Assembly (NCBI RefSeq): GCF_001194135.2 | Contig: NC_068983.1 | Span: 15,273,162-15,337,161 of the forward strand | Reading direction: 5' to 3' | DNA length: 64,000 nucleotides | From: Octopus bimaculoides | Lineage: Eukaryota | Translations under genes and position numbers: made by a program | Shown here: positions 1 to 13,169 of the stretch, one piece after another | Numbering within the stretch: the first letter of the stretch is position 1 | How the letters are laid out: every line of letters starts with the position of its first letter | The notes under the pieces: generated by a model | Seen by the model: only the letters and a program-made list of their open reading frames with translations | Database searches by the model: none | What the model was told of the DNA's origin: nothing

Positions 1-88
1 TCTCTTTCCTTTCCTGAGCGTCCAATAATACTATCCATATCACATCCTCACTTTGTTGTTTTTTTGTTTTTTTGTTATTGTTTTTTTG

Positions 89-127
<39 letters not shown>

Positions 128-135
128 TTACTTAC

Positions 136-246
136 CATTAACAATCCAAATAAACTGCGCAGATTGTGTGGATTTAGTTTTGCAGCTTCACTGAAATATG
201 CTCTGGCTATTTCAAGGTTTTCAGGACCACCTTGTGTATATTTAAT
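136..246 (-). CDS. EMC2: EMC2 coding exon 8 ([37 protein letters not shown]); gene continues beyond the window start
   Basis: ttacag| and |gtaagt, 111 nt; matches human VKYTQGGLENLELSRKYF...RALFGLYM. Confidence 0.97.
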
Positions 247-764
247 CTGTAAAATAGGAACAAAATTTGTATTCAGTTATGAAATTTTCTACAAATACCT
301 TTCAGATATATTAGAATTTGTTGTGAAAAATGTTTTGGAGGGACAGTAAAGGAGTTTAGGATAATTCACTAAAGTCAACTGTTTCCTCGTACTGTCAGAA
401 AAATTATTATTTTTTAATGAAATTTTCTACGACTGTAACCGCATGGCTGAAACAAGCAAGAGTCAAAAATACCTTTCAGGTGGTGTAGATTATGGTTATA
501 ACAGAATTTAAAATGGGGAAAAAAAACTAATTAGTGGGTGCACATATAAAAACTGATTCACAATCTTTTTATGATGGGAAGACAACAAAAATAACTACTG
601 TCATCTTCCTTTATTTTGAGATCTTACTTTTATGTTTTCTTTTATAAATTATACAGTTTGTAAACAATAATATCACTGCTTTTATAGGTTTCCAGTGAAC
701 CATTTATTGTATTTATAATGGACAGAGTGACAAAGGAGTGTCTGTAAAATTCAAGTAGACAGTA

Positions 765-1205
765 CTTGGACACTAAACTCGGCTTGTGAAGATCTGTTGA
801 GGCAAGTGAAAGTGAAAGCGAAATCGTGATGGCACCTGTACCAGTGGAGCGCTAAGAGCACTGTCCGAGCGTGATCATTGCCAGAGCAGCTGTCTGGCTT
901 CCGTTCTAGTGACACGTAAATAGTACCATTTGAGCGTGATCATTACCAGCATCGCCTTCCTGGCACTTGTGCCGGTGGCACGTGAAAAGACATTCGAGCG
1001 AGATCGTTGCCAGTGCCGCTGGACTGGCTCCTGTACAGGTGGCACATAGAATACACCATTTTGAGCGTGGCTGTTGGCAGTACTGCCTGACTGGCCATCG
1101 TGCCGGTGACACATAAAAGCACCCACTACACTCTCGGAGTGGTTGGCATTAGGAAGGGCATCCAGCTGTAGAAACTCTGCCAAATCAGATAGGCGCCTGG
1201 TGCAG
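765..1205 (+). mobile_element. Family A (RTE 3'UTR) copy running into a gap
   Basis: Same motifs as 11985-12420. Other plus-strand copies at ~2390-2510, 4222-4425, 6640-7058, 9975-10245, 13325-13465, 13680-13759, 18375-18530, 38205-38325, 43350-43642, 59590-59940, 60697-61080 and 63898-64000. Confidence 0.85.
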
Positions 1206-3003
1206 NNNNNNNNNNNNNNNNNNNNNNNNNNNNNNNNNNNNNNNNNNNNNNNNNNNNNNNNNNNNNNNNNNNNNNNNNNNNNNNNNNNNNNNNNNNNNNN
1301 NNNNNNNNNNNNNNNNNNNNNNNNNNNNNNNNNNNNNNNNNNNNNNNNNNNNNNNNNNNNNNNNNNNNNNNNNNNNNNNNNNNNNNNNNNNNNNNNNNNN
1401 NNNNNNNNNNNNNNNNNNNNNNNNNNNNNNNNNNNNNNNNNNNNNNNNNNNNNNNNNNNNNNNNNNNNNNNNNNNNNNNNNNNNNNNNNNNNNNNNNNNN
1501 NNNNNNNNNNNNNNNNNNNNNNNNNNNNNNNNNNNNNNNNNNNNNNNNNNNNNNNNNNNNNNNNNNNNNNNNNNNNNNNNNNNNNNNNNNNNNNNNNNNN
1601 NNNNNNNNNNNNNNNNNNNNNNNNNNNNNNNNNNNNNNNNNNNNNNNNNNNNNNNNNNNNNNNNNNNNNNNNNNNNNNNNNNNNNNNNNNNNNNNNNNNN
1701 NNNNNNNNNNNNNNNNNNNNNNNNNNNNNNNNNNNNNNNNNNNNNNNNNNNNNNNNNNNNNNNNNNNNNNNNNNNNNNNNNNNNNNNNNNNNNNNNNNNN
1801 NNNNNNNNNNNNNNNNNNNNNNNNNNNNNNNNNNNNNNNNNNNNNNNNNNNNNNNNNNNATATAAAACGGACTTCTGCACAGCTTCCATCTAACAAATTC
1901 CATTCACAAGGCATTGGTCAATCTGAGGTTATGGTAAAAAACCCTTGCCTAAAGTGCTGCGCAGCTGGATCACTAGCCATGTCTGCACTAACTTTACATT
2001 TTGTCTGACTGAGATCAATATGGGTATACAAAATGGCACACAAAACCAATCCCTGTGAGTTTTTCTAGTTGTTAGTCTGGTCAGTCTTAAGTCAAGTTTT
2101 TATTGAACAGATCCTTGATCAAAAGCAGTCCAGCCATGACATCCCATCTTAGCTGTCTCTCTAGGATCACTACATTGTCCACTGCTTTGCTTATTCTACA
2201 GAAGTAGGATAGAATTCAAAAGATTTAGCTGTCATTTCTAGTAGGTCATGCGACTATGCCGAGGCTCCCTTATAGATTTTTCTGGTAATAAAGATGGATG
2301 CTAACAGTTCATTGGCTTAGCCTTCTCTTTCTCTCTCTTAAATATCTACCAAGCCTACACTCACACTCAGTAATCCCAAGTGCTTCAATTCAAGCATCTG
2401 CCAAATCAGATTGGAGCCTGGTGCAGCCATCTGGTTCACCAGTCCTCAGTCAAATCGTCCAACCTATGCTAGCATGGAAAGTGGACGTTAAACAATGATG
2501 ATGATGATGATAATTCTAAACATTTTCAAAGATCTTCTTTAAAGTCTTTGAGCAATTCATGTGGCCATAACAGGATTTTAAATCAGAAGTGAGACACTGA
2601 ACAAGTTTCAATCCAATAAATCACCCAGTCCAGTTTTCTTACATCTCCACTGCCCTTCAAATAAAGTACAATCTTTCAGGCATCTCTTGGTCAGGATAAA
2701 CTACATATCTGCACCCAGAAAGACCATTTGCAATTTTTGTTTTTCTACGGTTGACCAGCAGCTACAAGTTTCTTCTTTCCATTCCAGTAATGTTATCCAG
2801 GCTAGGTTTGATGTACCTTGACTAGGTCTGATGTACCTTGGCACCAGAGTCACTGCAGGCGTTACTGTCAGAATGCAAAGAGCCAAAACATACAAGGCAT
2901 TTCATTCAATACTATTACAGATGATACAAAATTTAATATGAGAAAATGACTGCTAATAAACGGAAAAAACAATAAGCATGCATAGAGATTAATTTGAGCT
3001 TAC

Positions 3004-3145
3004 CTCAGCATATTTCAGATGGTAGAGATGATTGTGAGGATTAGATAATATCAACTCCTCCATACAGAAAGAAGCTTTAGCATAATCATTCTCAGCTATA
3101 TACAAGTCACACTGTTCCATCCAAGCTTCAAAATCAGTCATAAAC
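3004..3145 (-). CDS. EMC2: EMC2 coding exon 7 ([47 protein letters not shown])
   Basis: aatag| and |gtaagc, 142 nt; DYAKAxFCxEELxxxNPHNHLY is diagnostic of EMC2; overlaps ORF 2989..3180. Confidence 0.97.
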
Positions 3146-4588
3146 CTATTAAGAAAAAAAAAAATTTTTTTATACAACATTTTTATCTAGTCTCTGCTGT
3201 TATACTTTTTCTAAATAGCTTCTTTTTTTTTTTTTTTTTTTNNNNNNNNNNNNNNNNNNNNNNNNNNNNNNNNNNNNNNNNNNNNNNNNNNNNNNNNNNN
3301 NNNNNNNNNNNNNNNNNNNNNNNNNNNNNNNNNNNNNNNNNNNNNNNNNNNNNNNNNNNNNNNNNNNNNNNNNNNNNNNNNNNNNNNNNNNNNNNNNNNN
3401 NNNNNNNNNNNNNNNNNNNNNNNNNNNNNNNNNNNNNNNNNNNNNNNNNNNNNNNNNNNNNNNNNNNNNNNNNNNNNNNNNNNNNNNNNNNNNNNNNNNN
3501 NNNNNNNNNNNNNNNNNNNNNNNNNNNNNNNNNNNNNNNNNNNNNNNNNNNNNNNNNNNNNNNNNNNNNNNNNNNNNNNNNNNNNNNNNNNNNNNNNNNN
3601 NNNNNNNNNNNNNNNNNNNNNNNNNNNNNNNNNNNNNNNNNNNNNNNNNNNNNNNNNNNNNNNNNNNNNNNNNNNNNNNNNNNNNNNNNNNNNNNNNNNN
3701 NNNNNNNNNNNNNNNNNNNNNNNNNNNNNNNNNNNNNNNNNNNNNNNNNNNNNNNNNNNNNNNNNNNNNNNNNNNNNNNNNNNNNNNNNNNNNNNNNNNN
3801 NNNNNNNNNNNNNNNNNNNNNNNNNNNNNNNNNNNNNNNNNNNNNNNNNNNNNNNNNNNNNNNNNNNNNNNNNNNNNNNNNNNNNNNNNNNNNNNNNNNN
3901 NNNNNNNNNNNNNNNNNNNNNNNNNNNNNNNNNNNNNNNNNNNNNNNNNNNNNNNNNNNNNNNNNNNNNNNNNNNNNNNNNNNNNNNNNNNNNNNNNNNN
4001 NNNNNNNNNNNNNNNNNNNNNNNNNNNNNNNNNNNNNNNNNNNNNNNNNNNNNNNNNNNNNNNNNNNNNNNNNNNNNNNNNNNNNNNNNNNNNNNNNNNN
4101 NNNNNNNNNNNNNNNNNNNNNNNNNNNNNNNNNNNNNNNNNNNNNNNNNNNNNNNNNNNNNNNNNNNNNNNNNNNNNNNNNNNNNNNNNNNNNNNNNNNN
4201 NNNNNNNNNNNNNNNNNNNNNTGGCCGTTTTCGTGTGGGTGACACGTAAAAGCACCCACTACACTCTCTGAGTGGTTGGCGTTAGGAAGGGCATCCAGCT
4301 GTAGAAACTCTGCCAAATTAGATTGGAGCCTGGTGTAGCCATCCGGTTGCACCAGTCCTCAGTCAAATCGTCCAACCCATGCTAGCATGGAAGGCGGACG
4401 GTAAACGATGATGATGATGATGATGAAGCAGCACATCAGAATATCAAGTTTTCCTTATACCAGAGATCTGGTCAAAATGTTAGCATTTGAGTGTGAACTC
4501 TGCTAAAGACTTCAAAGGGGTTCTGTCAACTTTTGGGATGTTTGTAATTCCACCAATACTCCAAATCTACTTTTCAAAATTCTGTATA

Positions 4589-5026
4589 CTGTAAATCCTC
4601 GAGTATAGTCCGCCCTTGAGTATAACACGCAGGGGATTTTTAGGGGGCTGTACCTCTGAAAGACCTAAACCTTGTGCATAATACGCACCCCTTCTCTAAC
4701 TTGAGTCAATGAGGTCTATATAATGTCCTTGGCTTGTAAACGTATATACGGTAATGTCCTTTATTATTATTGTATATATAACAGAAAATAAAGAAATAAC
4801 AGTAATAACGTCAGTGAAAAATAAATACTAAGTAAATTGCTTCTACATATTTATCACTATCAGTTACAAACCCGACATCACAAAATGCGTCTGAATAAAC
4901 ATTGCCGGACAGCAAATAGAGACTCAGACATTGCTTAGAAAATATTTTTCATTTTTAACCTCGTGTATAGTACGCACTAGGGATTTTGACCCTCAAATTT
5001 TGGGGGAAAAACTCGAGGATTTACGG
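4589..5026. mobile_element. TA-flanked MITE (Tc1/mariner-pogo type)
   Basis: TIRs ctgtaaatcctcgagt / actcgaggatttacgg (15/16 match), TA on both sides. Confidence 0.8.
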
Positions 5027-5659
5027 TACATAAGGCACGCAGGTTTACACGTGGAAATATATGGGAGAAGCCCCTATAGACACTTTGTTATCACAATTCT
5101 GTTTTATAACCAGTCTTGCTGCAATATCTGTAGTGAGTAAGGCGGCGAAGTGGCAGAAACATTAGCACACCGGGCGAAATGCTTAGTGGCATTTCATCTG
5201 TCGTTATGTTCTGAGTTCAAATTCTGCCAAGGTCGACTTTGCCTTTCATCTTTTTGGGGTCGATAGATTAAGTACCAGTTGTGTACTGAGGTCGATCTAA
5301 TCGACTGCCACCCTCATCCCCAAAAATTTCAGGTCTTGTGCCTAGAGTAGAAACGAATATTTGTAGTGAGTGTGAGCAGTTTACACGTGCACACTGTTTT
5401 ATTTGCAAAACTTAACTTTATCATAGCAAATATTTTCAGAAACATCATTAATAAACTGTCAAGATAAACAAACAAATTATACTGAGGATAATTATATTCA
5501 TAAATATTTGACTTTATAAAGAAATTTCTTATACAAATCAAGATTTAATTTATTCTTGTTGTAAGTACTTTGTACTTGAAAGTGTCTATGGTTCATATGT
5601 GATAAACTGGCTATATATTATTCAGAAATGTATTTTTCAGACAATATATTTATGTACAA

Positions 5660-6045
5660 TCATTCATCAACAGGTGCTTGCATAGTATACTTAAAACCAG
5701 ATGGCCAGAACACATAAGCAATATGGAGCTATGGCAAAGAACGAATCAAGTTTCGATTAGGGAGCAAATATTTAAGAAAAAGTGGAAGTCGATTGGTAGC
5801 ACAATTAGAAAGGACACACCAAATGCAGCGAAAAGCGCTTTACAGTGGAATCCAGATGGATATAGAAAGAGGGGTAGGCCTAAGAACTCGTGGCATAGAT
5901 CAACACAAAAGGAACTAGAGAAAGGGGGACATTCATGGCAGAGTATAAGTACAGAAGCAAAAAATCATGCGACATGGAATTCAATTATAAGTGGCCTATA
6001 CTCTGCGTTGGAGGGTTAAAGGCAAGAAAAATAAATAAATAAATA
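5660..6045 (+). mobile_element. RTE-clade LINE 3' fragment
   Basis: RWPEHISNMELWQRTNQ...ALQWNPDGYRKRGRPKNSW...W; ends in a (TAAA)n tail. Confidence 0.85.
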
Positions 6046-6216
6046 ATCTGATACAGAATCTTTTTACTTGAGGAAACTGATTATTATTGAGGTTTTGCTC
6101 ACAGATGAGTTCAAAATAAAAAAAAAACAATACTAATTGTTATACAGGATGTTTTGTCATTGATATAAATTGATATGGTTATTGTTATGTAAAAAAGAAA
6201 AATATTTAAAACATAC

Positions 6217-6302
6217 TCCTTTAAATAATCATTTAGCTTGTTGATTGCCTCAGCAGTCTTGCCTTGGGCCTTCAGAATTGCAACCTGCCTTTTGCGAGCA
6301 AA
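6217..6302 (-). CDS. EMC2: EMC2 coding exon 6 ([29 protein letters not shown])
   Basis: tttcag| and |gtatgt, 86 nt; matches human ARKRKIAIRKAQGK...LNEYL. Confidence 0.96.
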
Positions 6303-8796
6303 CTGAAATAAGAAGTAGTTTTATCTTTCTTTATTAAAACATTTAAAGCTGGGAAATTCACATACATAAAAAAGGGATGTAAATGAATTTTTAAAATAAT
6401 GTAAGCCTATGACCCTTTTTACCATCATCAGCATCACCACTGCAACTATTTCAAGTGAAGTATCCTACCTTTCCTAAACCAAGTGATTAACAATAAGCTT
6501 ATAAGCTAATCCAGTCTCATGTCAAATTTAATCTCTATTAGAAATGCTAATTTGAACATAAAATTGCAAACAGAAAACTAGAAAAGTGCTGCATACTAAA
6601 TAGTACACTTCATCTTTTTTACCTGTCAGTGTCGCATAACTGGCCCGTTTAAAAGTATCCTTCAATCGTCAAGCAATATGTTGTGCTTGGGAAGATCTGT
6701 TAAGTGAAATTGTAGTCGTGGACGATACCAGTGCCACCTGACAGGCACCTGTGCCAGTGGCACATAAAAAGCATCATTTGAGCGTGGCCAGTGGCACGTA
6801 AAATGCACCATGGTCAATGCCAGTGCCGCATGACTGGCTCCCGTGCCAGCGGCACATAGAAAACACCATTCAAGCGTAGTCGTTGCCAGTGCCGCCTGAC
6901 TGGCTCCTGTGCTGGTGGCATGTAAAAAGCACCCACTACACTCTCGGAGTGGTTGGCATTAGGAAGGGGCTTCCAGCTGTTGAAACCTTGCCAGTCCTCA
7001 AACCGTCCAACCCATGCCAGCATGGAAAGCAGAAGTTAAACAATGATGATGATGATGTATATACCAGAAGAAAAAAATTCACATAATGTTAACAATACAA
7101 ATAAAATCATAATCTTACAATAATAGAACTAGGCTGTGTCAACAAAATTATTCTGCTGCTAACCAGACACTCTAATTGGTTGCTTGACCTACAAGAAATA
7201 GCAACCTAATCCCCTGCAAAGCACACTATGCAATTTTAAAAAAAGGACACATTGGATAATGTACTTCTAGATACACAATGTTTACAAAATAAAAAAAATA
7301 TATCAGTCAAGTGAATGTGTTTGATCAAAGGTCTGTTGTTAAAACAGGTAACAGATTAAATCTATCATCCCAAAACATGTACAGTTCATTCATTGGGCTT
7401 CAGCATAGATTCCATGTGTCTGATTTCACTCACAAGGCTTTGATAAACCCAACCCAACGCTATAGAAGACACATGCCCAATTGCAATATAAAATATATCT
7501 TTCTAGGAACAGTGAATTTTTAAGCAGATAATGCTATAAATAATAGGGTCTAAATATTCTTTTCAACTCTAAGCGCAAGGCCCGAAATTTTTGGGAAGGG
7601 GGCCAGTCGATTAGATCAACCCCAGTATGCAATCGGTACTTAATTTATTGACCCCCGAATGGATGAAAGGCTAAATCGACCTTGGAGGAATTTGAGCTCA
7701 GAATGCAAAGACAGACGAAATATTGCTAAGCATTTCACCCAGTGTGCTAATGTTTCTGCCAGCTCACAGCCTTAATAGGGCCTAAATATTGGGTTTAAAA
7801 AATCCTTTGGTTAGAAAAGGTTAATTTTTTTTTCTAGGGTAAAAAATGGCTGACAAAACCAATCCCTGTGAATTTTCTAGTTGTTAATGTTCCGCCCTAA
7901 TACATCCTGAATTCAAATTCTGTTAAGGCTGGCTTTACCTTTTATTCTTTCAGGGTCAATAAAGTAAGTACCAGTTGAGTACTGGGGTCGATGTAATCAA
8001 CTTGCCCTTCCCCTGAAATTGGTGGCTTTGGCCAAAATTTTAAAGCATTATTTATAGCTTTATTTGCTTCAAGATTCACAGTTCCTAATAAGAATCCATC
8101 ATGTGATTCTTTCCTGCAACATTCTAATCACTTAACTTGCTAGAAATAGCATCCAAATTTCAATAAAATTCCACCTTACCATCATAAAAAAAAATTACAT
8201 GCCTGGGGAAAATATAGGACAGTTACAGCTCGAATACCTTTGAGCATACATTTACTCAATTAAGGCAATGGCCCAGTGGTTAGGGCAGCAGACTCGCGGT
8301 TTCGATTCCCAGACCGGGCGTTGTGAGTGTTTATTGAGCGGAAACACCTAAAGCTCCACAAGGCTCCGGCAGGGGATAGTGGCGAACCCTGCTGTACTCT
8401 TTCACCACAACTTTCTCTCACTCTTTCTTCCTGTTTCTGTTGTACCTGTAATTCAAAGGGTCAGCCTTGTCACATTCTGTATCAAGCTGAATATCCCCAA
8501 GAACTACGTTAAGGGTACACGTGTCTGTGGAGTGCTCAGCCACTTGCATGTTAATTTCACGAGCAGGCTGTTCCGTTGATCAAATCAACTGGAACCCTTG
8601 TCATCGTAACTGACGGAGTGCCAACCAGCCACTCAGTTAAGGTTGGTCAGGACATCAAGAACAACAACTATTCACAGCTCAACATTTAACAACCTTTCTA
8701 AATTCTTATGATGTCAACAACATGAACTAAATATAAAAAAAAACACAGTTTAGAATAAAAAGTATATCAAAGCTTAAAAGAGCAAAAAAGACATAC

Positions 8797-8854
8797 CATA
8801 TTAGTTTCATCTTCAGCTAAAATGTGTTCATATAGCTGTTGAGCCTTCTCATAC
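8797..8854 (-). CDS. EMC2: EMC2 coding exon 5 (YEKAQQLYEHILAEDETNM)
   Basis: ttccag| and |gtatgt, 58 nt; TPR helix matching human YDDAIQLYDRILQEDPTN. Confidence 0.95.
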
Positions 8855-9448
8855 CTGGAATGAAGAAAGGAGCTTGTTGGAGAAAAAAATATTTAATATG
8901 CAGATGACAAAATCGGTAGAATGTTAAGCAAGCTACCATGTGGTATTTGGTTACATCCCTCTACATTCAAAGTTCACTAAGTTCAAATCTTTCTCAAGTC
9001 CAACCATATCCTTAACCTTACAAGGTTAATATACTGGGCTCAGTGTTGTAATCAACTATTCGTTAGAAAATTCCAATCCAATGACTAAAACTAATAAATG
9101 AAAGACCACAAGCATTTCTGAGTGACCATCACACTATTTTGGTTCAATAAATACACAGGAGTGGCTGTGTGGTAAGTAGCTTGCCTACCAACCACATGGT
9201 CTCAGATTCAGTCCCACTGTGTGGCACCTTGGGCAAGTGTCTTCTACTGTAGCCTCGGGCCGACCAAAGCCTTGTCAGTGGATTTGGTAGACGGAAACTG
9301 AAAGAAGACCGTCGTTAGGAAGGGCATCCAGCTGTAGAAACTCTGCCAGATCAGATTGGAGTCTGATGTAGCCAACTGGTTTGCCAGTCCCCAGTCAAAC
9401 CGTCCAACCCATGCTAGCATGGAAAGCAGACGTTAAACGATGATGATG

Positions 9449-9480
<32 letters not shown>

Positions 9481-10654
9481 ATATGTTTGTGTGTCTGTGT
9501 TTGTTCCCCCAACATCGCTTGACAACCGATGCTGGTGTGTTTGGGTCCCCGTAAAGTTAGCGGTTCGGCAAAAGAGACCGATAGAATAAGTACTAGGCTT
9601 ACAAAGAATAAGTCCTGGGGTTGATTTGATTCGACTAAAGGCGGTGCTCCAGCATGGCCGCAGTCAAATGACTGAAACAAGTAAAAGAGTAAAAGAGAAA
9701 CCCATTCAAAAACCATGTAGAAAAAGAGATGGAAATTTGGGAAACTCAACCGAATAATCACACATAAAACAAAGTTGGAAGAGGTATAATTTCATATAAT
9801 ACTAATACTGGGGACTGGATGTAGTATTAGTAATATGTGCCCTGTATTTATTACCTGGCAGTAAAAAAAGACCTTGAACCAACAAGGGAGTGTCTTTGTG
9901 GTCATTTGACCTGCTAGAAATAGCAGACAAATCTCCTTCAAATTGAAAAAAGAAAAGGCACATGGGACAATATCATTTCTGGTGCGGGTGGCACATAAAA
10001 TACATCACTTTGAGTGTGGCCGTTGCCAGTACCGCCTGACTGGCCTTCGTGTCAGTAGCACGTAAAAGCACCCACTACACTCTCTGAGTGGTTGGCGTTA
10101 GGAAGGGCATCCAGCTGTAGAAACTCTGCCAAATCAGATTGGAGCCTGGTGTAGCCATCTGGTTTCACCAGTCCTCAGTCAAATCGTCCAACCCATGCTA
10201 GCATGGAAAGCAGACGTTAAACGACGATGATGATGATGAGGATGATAGAAGCAGGGTGGTCATCACTGCATCACTTTTAATTATAGGTTTGCTTGACCAA
10301 GGTTGATCCAGAATTAAACGCCAACGAAAAGTAAGAAAAGAGAAAGAATTAATCTCAATCTTTCTTTCTTGTTTTTGAAATTCAAATTTATCAAAATATA
10401 AGCAATTAGTCTGGACAGTTATAACCCAGCCATCAATCCATCTTCACTGCTCCCTATTCCTAGGAGAGTCATGGGGATAGAGCCCTGAGGCACCTCCTCC
10501 ATTGTGTTTCATCAGAAGCAGCTGTCTTTAGAATTTGTAGCTGGATTCCTAAGTGTGACCAACATTATTCAACCATCTTCTTCTACCATTAGGTCAACTG
10601 CTTGTTGGCTCAGCTTGAAGTCATCATGTGATTCTGTCTTGTGACATTCTAATA

Positions 10655-10925
10655 AGAATGAAATTATTGTATAGTGCTCAGGTGCACTACAACTTGTCAA
10701 AAGTGCATATAAAGCATATGCAGTATTGTACAAATGCCTGGAAAGTCAACAGTGTATGAGTCAGATACATGCTTGCATGTGTATGGAGGGGAGAAAATCA
10801 GGTGTAGTGTTGGCGAATCTCAGGAAGCATGGAAGTTTTGAAAGATGCAGTGCTCCGACAACTAACAACTGATGCTGGCAGTTTGTTCTATACTTCAGCA
10901 ACCCTTAGCATGAAAAAGTGTTTCT
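10655..10925 (-). mobile_element. CR1-clade LINE 3' end (second 3'-UTR copy at ~34370-34520, plus strand)
   Basis: KHFFMLRVAEV*NKLPASVVSCRSTASFK, similar to the CR1 motif FF..RV...WN.LP..VV....FK; its 3'UTR ends gagcactatacaataatttcatt in both copies. Confidence 0.8.
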
Positions 10926-11984
10926 AATCACTTAACCTGCTAGAAACAGCAGCCAAATCTCAATAAAATTCCACCTTACCATCATAAAAAAGAAAAAAAA
11001 TTACATGCCTGGCGAAAACAGGGGACAATCACAGCTGGAATACCTTTGATCATACATCTGCTCAATTACGATTGATCTGGGCCTCAAGAACAACTGATCA
11101 CAGCTCAACATTTTATAACTTCCACGTTTTCATTTTTCCAATTTTTAGAAAAGACACAACTAAACGGATTGGTATCAACAAGGACATCTGGCTATAAAAC
11201 GCTGCCACAAAATGTCCTCTCATACTCATTCCAGTATAGAAGAGCAGACAGATGATGATGATGATGAGGAGGAGGAGGATGACTCAAGAACAATGCATAG
11301 GCAGAATCACTATCTTATGATATTGAATTACAACCATTTATATTCTGGGATCAAATCCTGCCAAAGTCAACTCTGCCTTTCTTCACAACAGTGTCAATAA
11401 AATAAAGTACCGCTCAAATGTTCGAGTTGATTTAATAATCAACTATAACCCCCCACTACACACACCAATTTCAATTTGTGGCCTTGTAATAGAAATTAAT
11501 AATCAGGTCACCTATAATAAAAAGATAATGCTAAAATAAATATTTAAGCTATATTCAATATAGTTATAGGAATAAAGATTAAAGCTATATTTGACAATCA
11601 TTTGACACAATATGCTTATATTTACCTGACATTTCAACAAAATGTGTTATCTATAATTGTCAGTTACAAGAATCAGTTCACCTGGTAAGGAAACTAGAAG
11701 CAGTTATAACTGCTTCTGAAGATAAATGAAAATATAACTGCTCACACAGTAGACACAACAATCACCTCTTACACTACATGGAGTTTTTTAATTTTTTTTA
11801 TGTAGATTAAAGGAGGAAAGACAGTAACAATGACATTTGCAGCACCTCTGAGACTGGTGAAGTTAGAGAAAAGAGGAAACACACACATACACACACACAC
11901 ATTCATACACGCAACAAGTCATTAAGCCATCAAGTTAATAACAACTATGTTGAATTTAGATCATCTCTCTTTTAAGGTAAATGG

Positions 11985-12420
11985 AGGCAATGACAAGTGA
12001 CCGAGACCTTTGGAGATATGCTGTGCTTGAGAAGACCCGGCAAGCCAAGTGAGACCATAATTGTGGCCTATGCCATTGCAGTATAACCAGCCCATTTGCG
12101 CTTGTAAAGACCTGTTGAGTCAAGTGAAGTCATTGTTGTGGCCGATGACAGTACTGCCTGATTGACACCTGTGTTGGTGGCACGTAAAAAGCACCATTCG
12201 AGCGGGGTCAATGCCAGTACCACCTGACTGGCCCTCGTGCTGATGGCACATAAAAAGCACCTACTACACTCTTGGAGTGGTTGGTGTTAGGAAGGGCATC
12301 CAACTGTAGAAACTTTGCCAGATCAAATTGGAGTCTGGTGTAGCCTTCTGGCTTGCTAGCCCTCAGTCAAACGTCCAACCCATGCCAGCATGGAAAGCGG
12401 ACGTTAGACAATAATGATGA
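11985..12420 (+). mobile_element. RTE LINE 3' end: ORF C-terminus plus long 3'UTR with (GAT)n tail ('family A')
   Basis: EAMTSDRDLWRYAVLEKTRQAK* followed by the abundant ...ttaggaagggcatccagctgtagaaac...acccatgctagcatggaaagcggacgttaaacgatgatg repeat. Confidence 0.75.
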
Positions 12421-12769
12421 TTGGTGTTAAACTCATGAATTACGGCTAATTCCTATTTTGATTCCTCTAAGTAGCCCAGCTAGAAATCAGTGGACTCAGG
12501 TGGGCCTACCTGCATACAGGGTATTTCAACTCAGAGAGATGTTACTTATGAGAACAGGCCTGAGTAGCATCTGATGGTGGGCTCCTACTGGAGAACAACT
12601 CTCATGTGCACTCTAAGGTAAATCAAACAGTGGTACCACACAAGAGAAGGTGCAGGATGAAGTAGCACACCAAAATCCTCAGACCAAAAACCTGGTCCAA
12701 ATGCTTACAACATCTGTTAAAATATGTTAATTCAAAATCAAAATGTTATAAATAAAATATATAAATAAA

Positions 12770-13027
12770 TAAATAAATGCACTCTTTTAAAGCCTAACCA
12801 GGGCTCATGGGCCCGGTTTCCCGGTTTCAATGGCGTATGCGTTCCCCAGCTGGACGGGACGCCAGTCCATTGCAGCGTTACTCATTTTTGCCAGCTGAGT
12901 GAACTGGAGCAACGTGAAATGAAGTGTTTTGCTCAACAACCCAACGCGTCGCCTGGTCCAGGAATCGAAACCACAATCTTACGATCATGGTGCTGACACC
13001 CTAACCACTAAGCCATGCGTCTCCACA
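12770..13027 (-). mobile_element. tRNA-headed SINE with a V-domain-like 3' half
   Basis: Head tggcttagtggttaggg..ggtttcgattcc; body shared with 17690; then ctgcaatggactggcgtcccgtccag..gaaaccggg; (ATTT)n tail. Confidence 0.7.
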
Positions 13028-13083
13028 AATAAAATATATACAAAAACCAATAAAAAAAATATGAAGAAAGGGGAAACACTTAC

Positions 13084-13169
13084 CTATCTTGTGCTTCATA
13101 TAACATGCCTTTCAAACGAGTCACTCGTAGACTTTTGGGGAATTTATTTTCAAGTTCACCTATACATAC
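13084..13169 (-). CDS. EMC2: EMC2 coding exon 4 (VCIGELENKFPKSLRVTRLKGMLYEAQDR)
   Basis: tctcag| and |gtaagt, 86 nt; matches the FPxSxRVxRLxGM motif. Confidence 0.96.
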
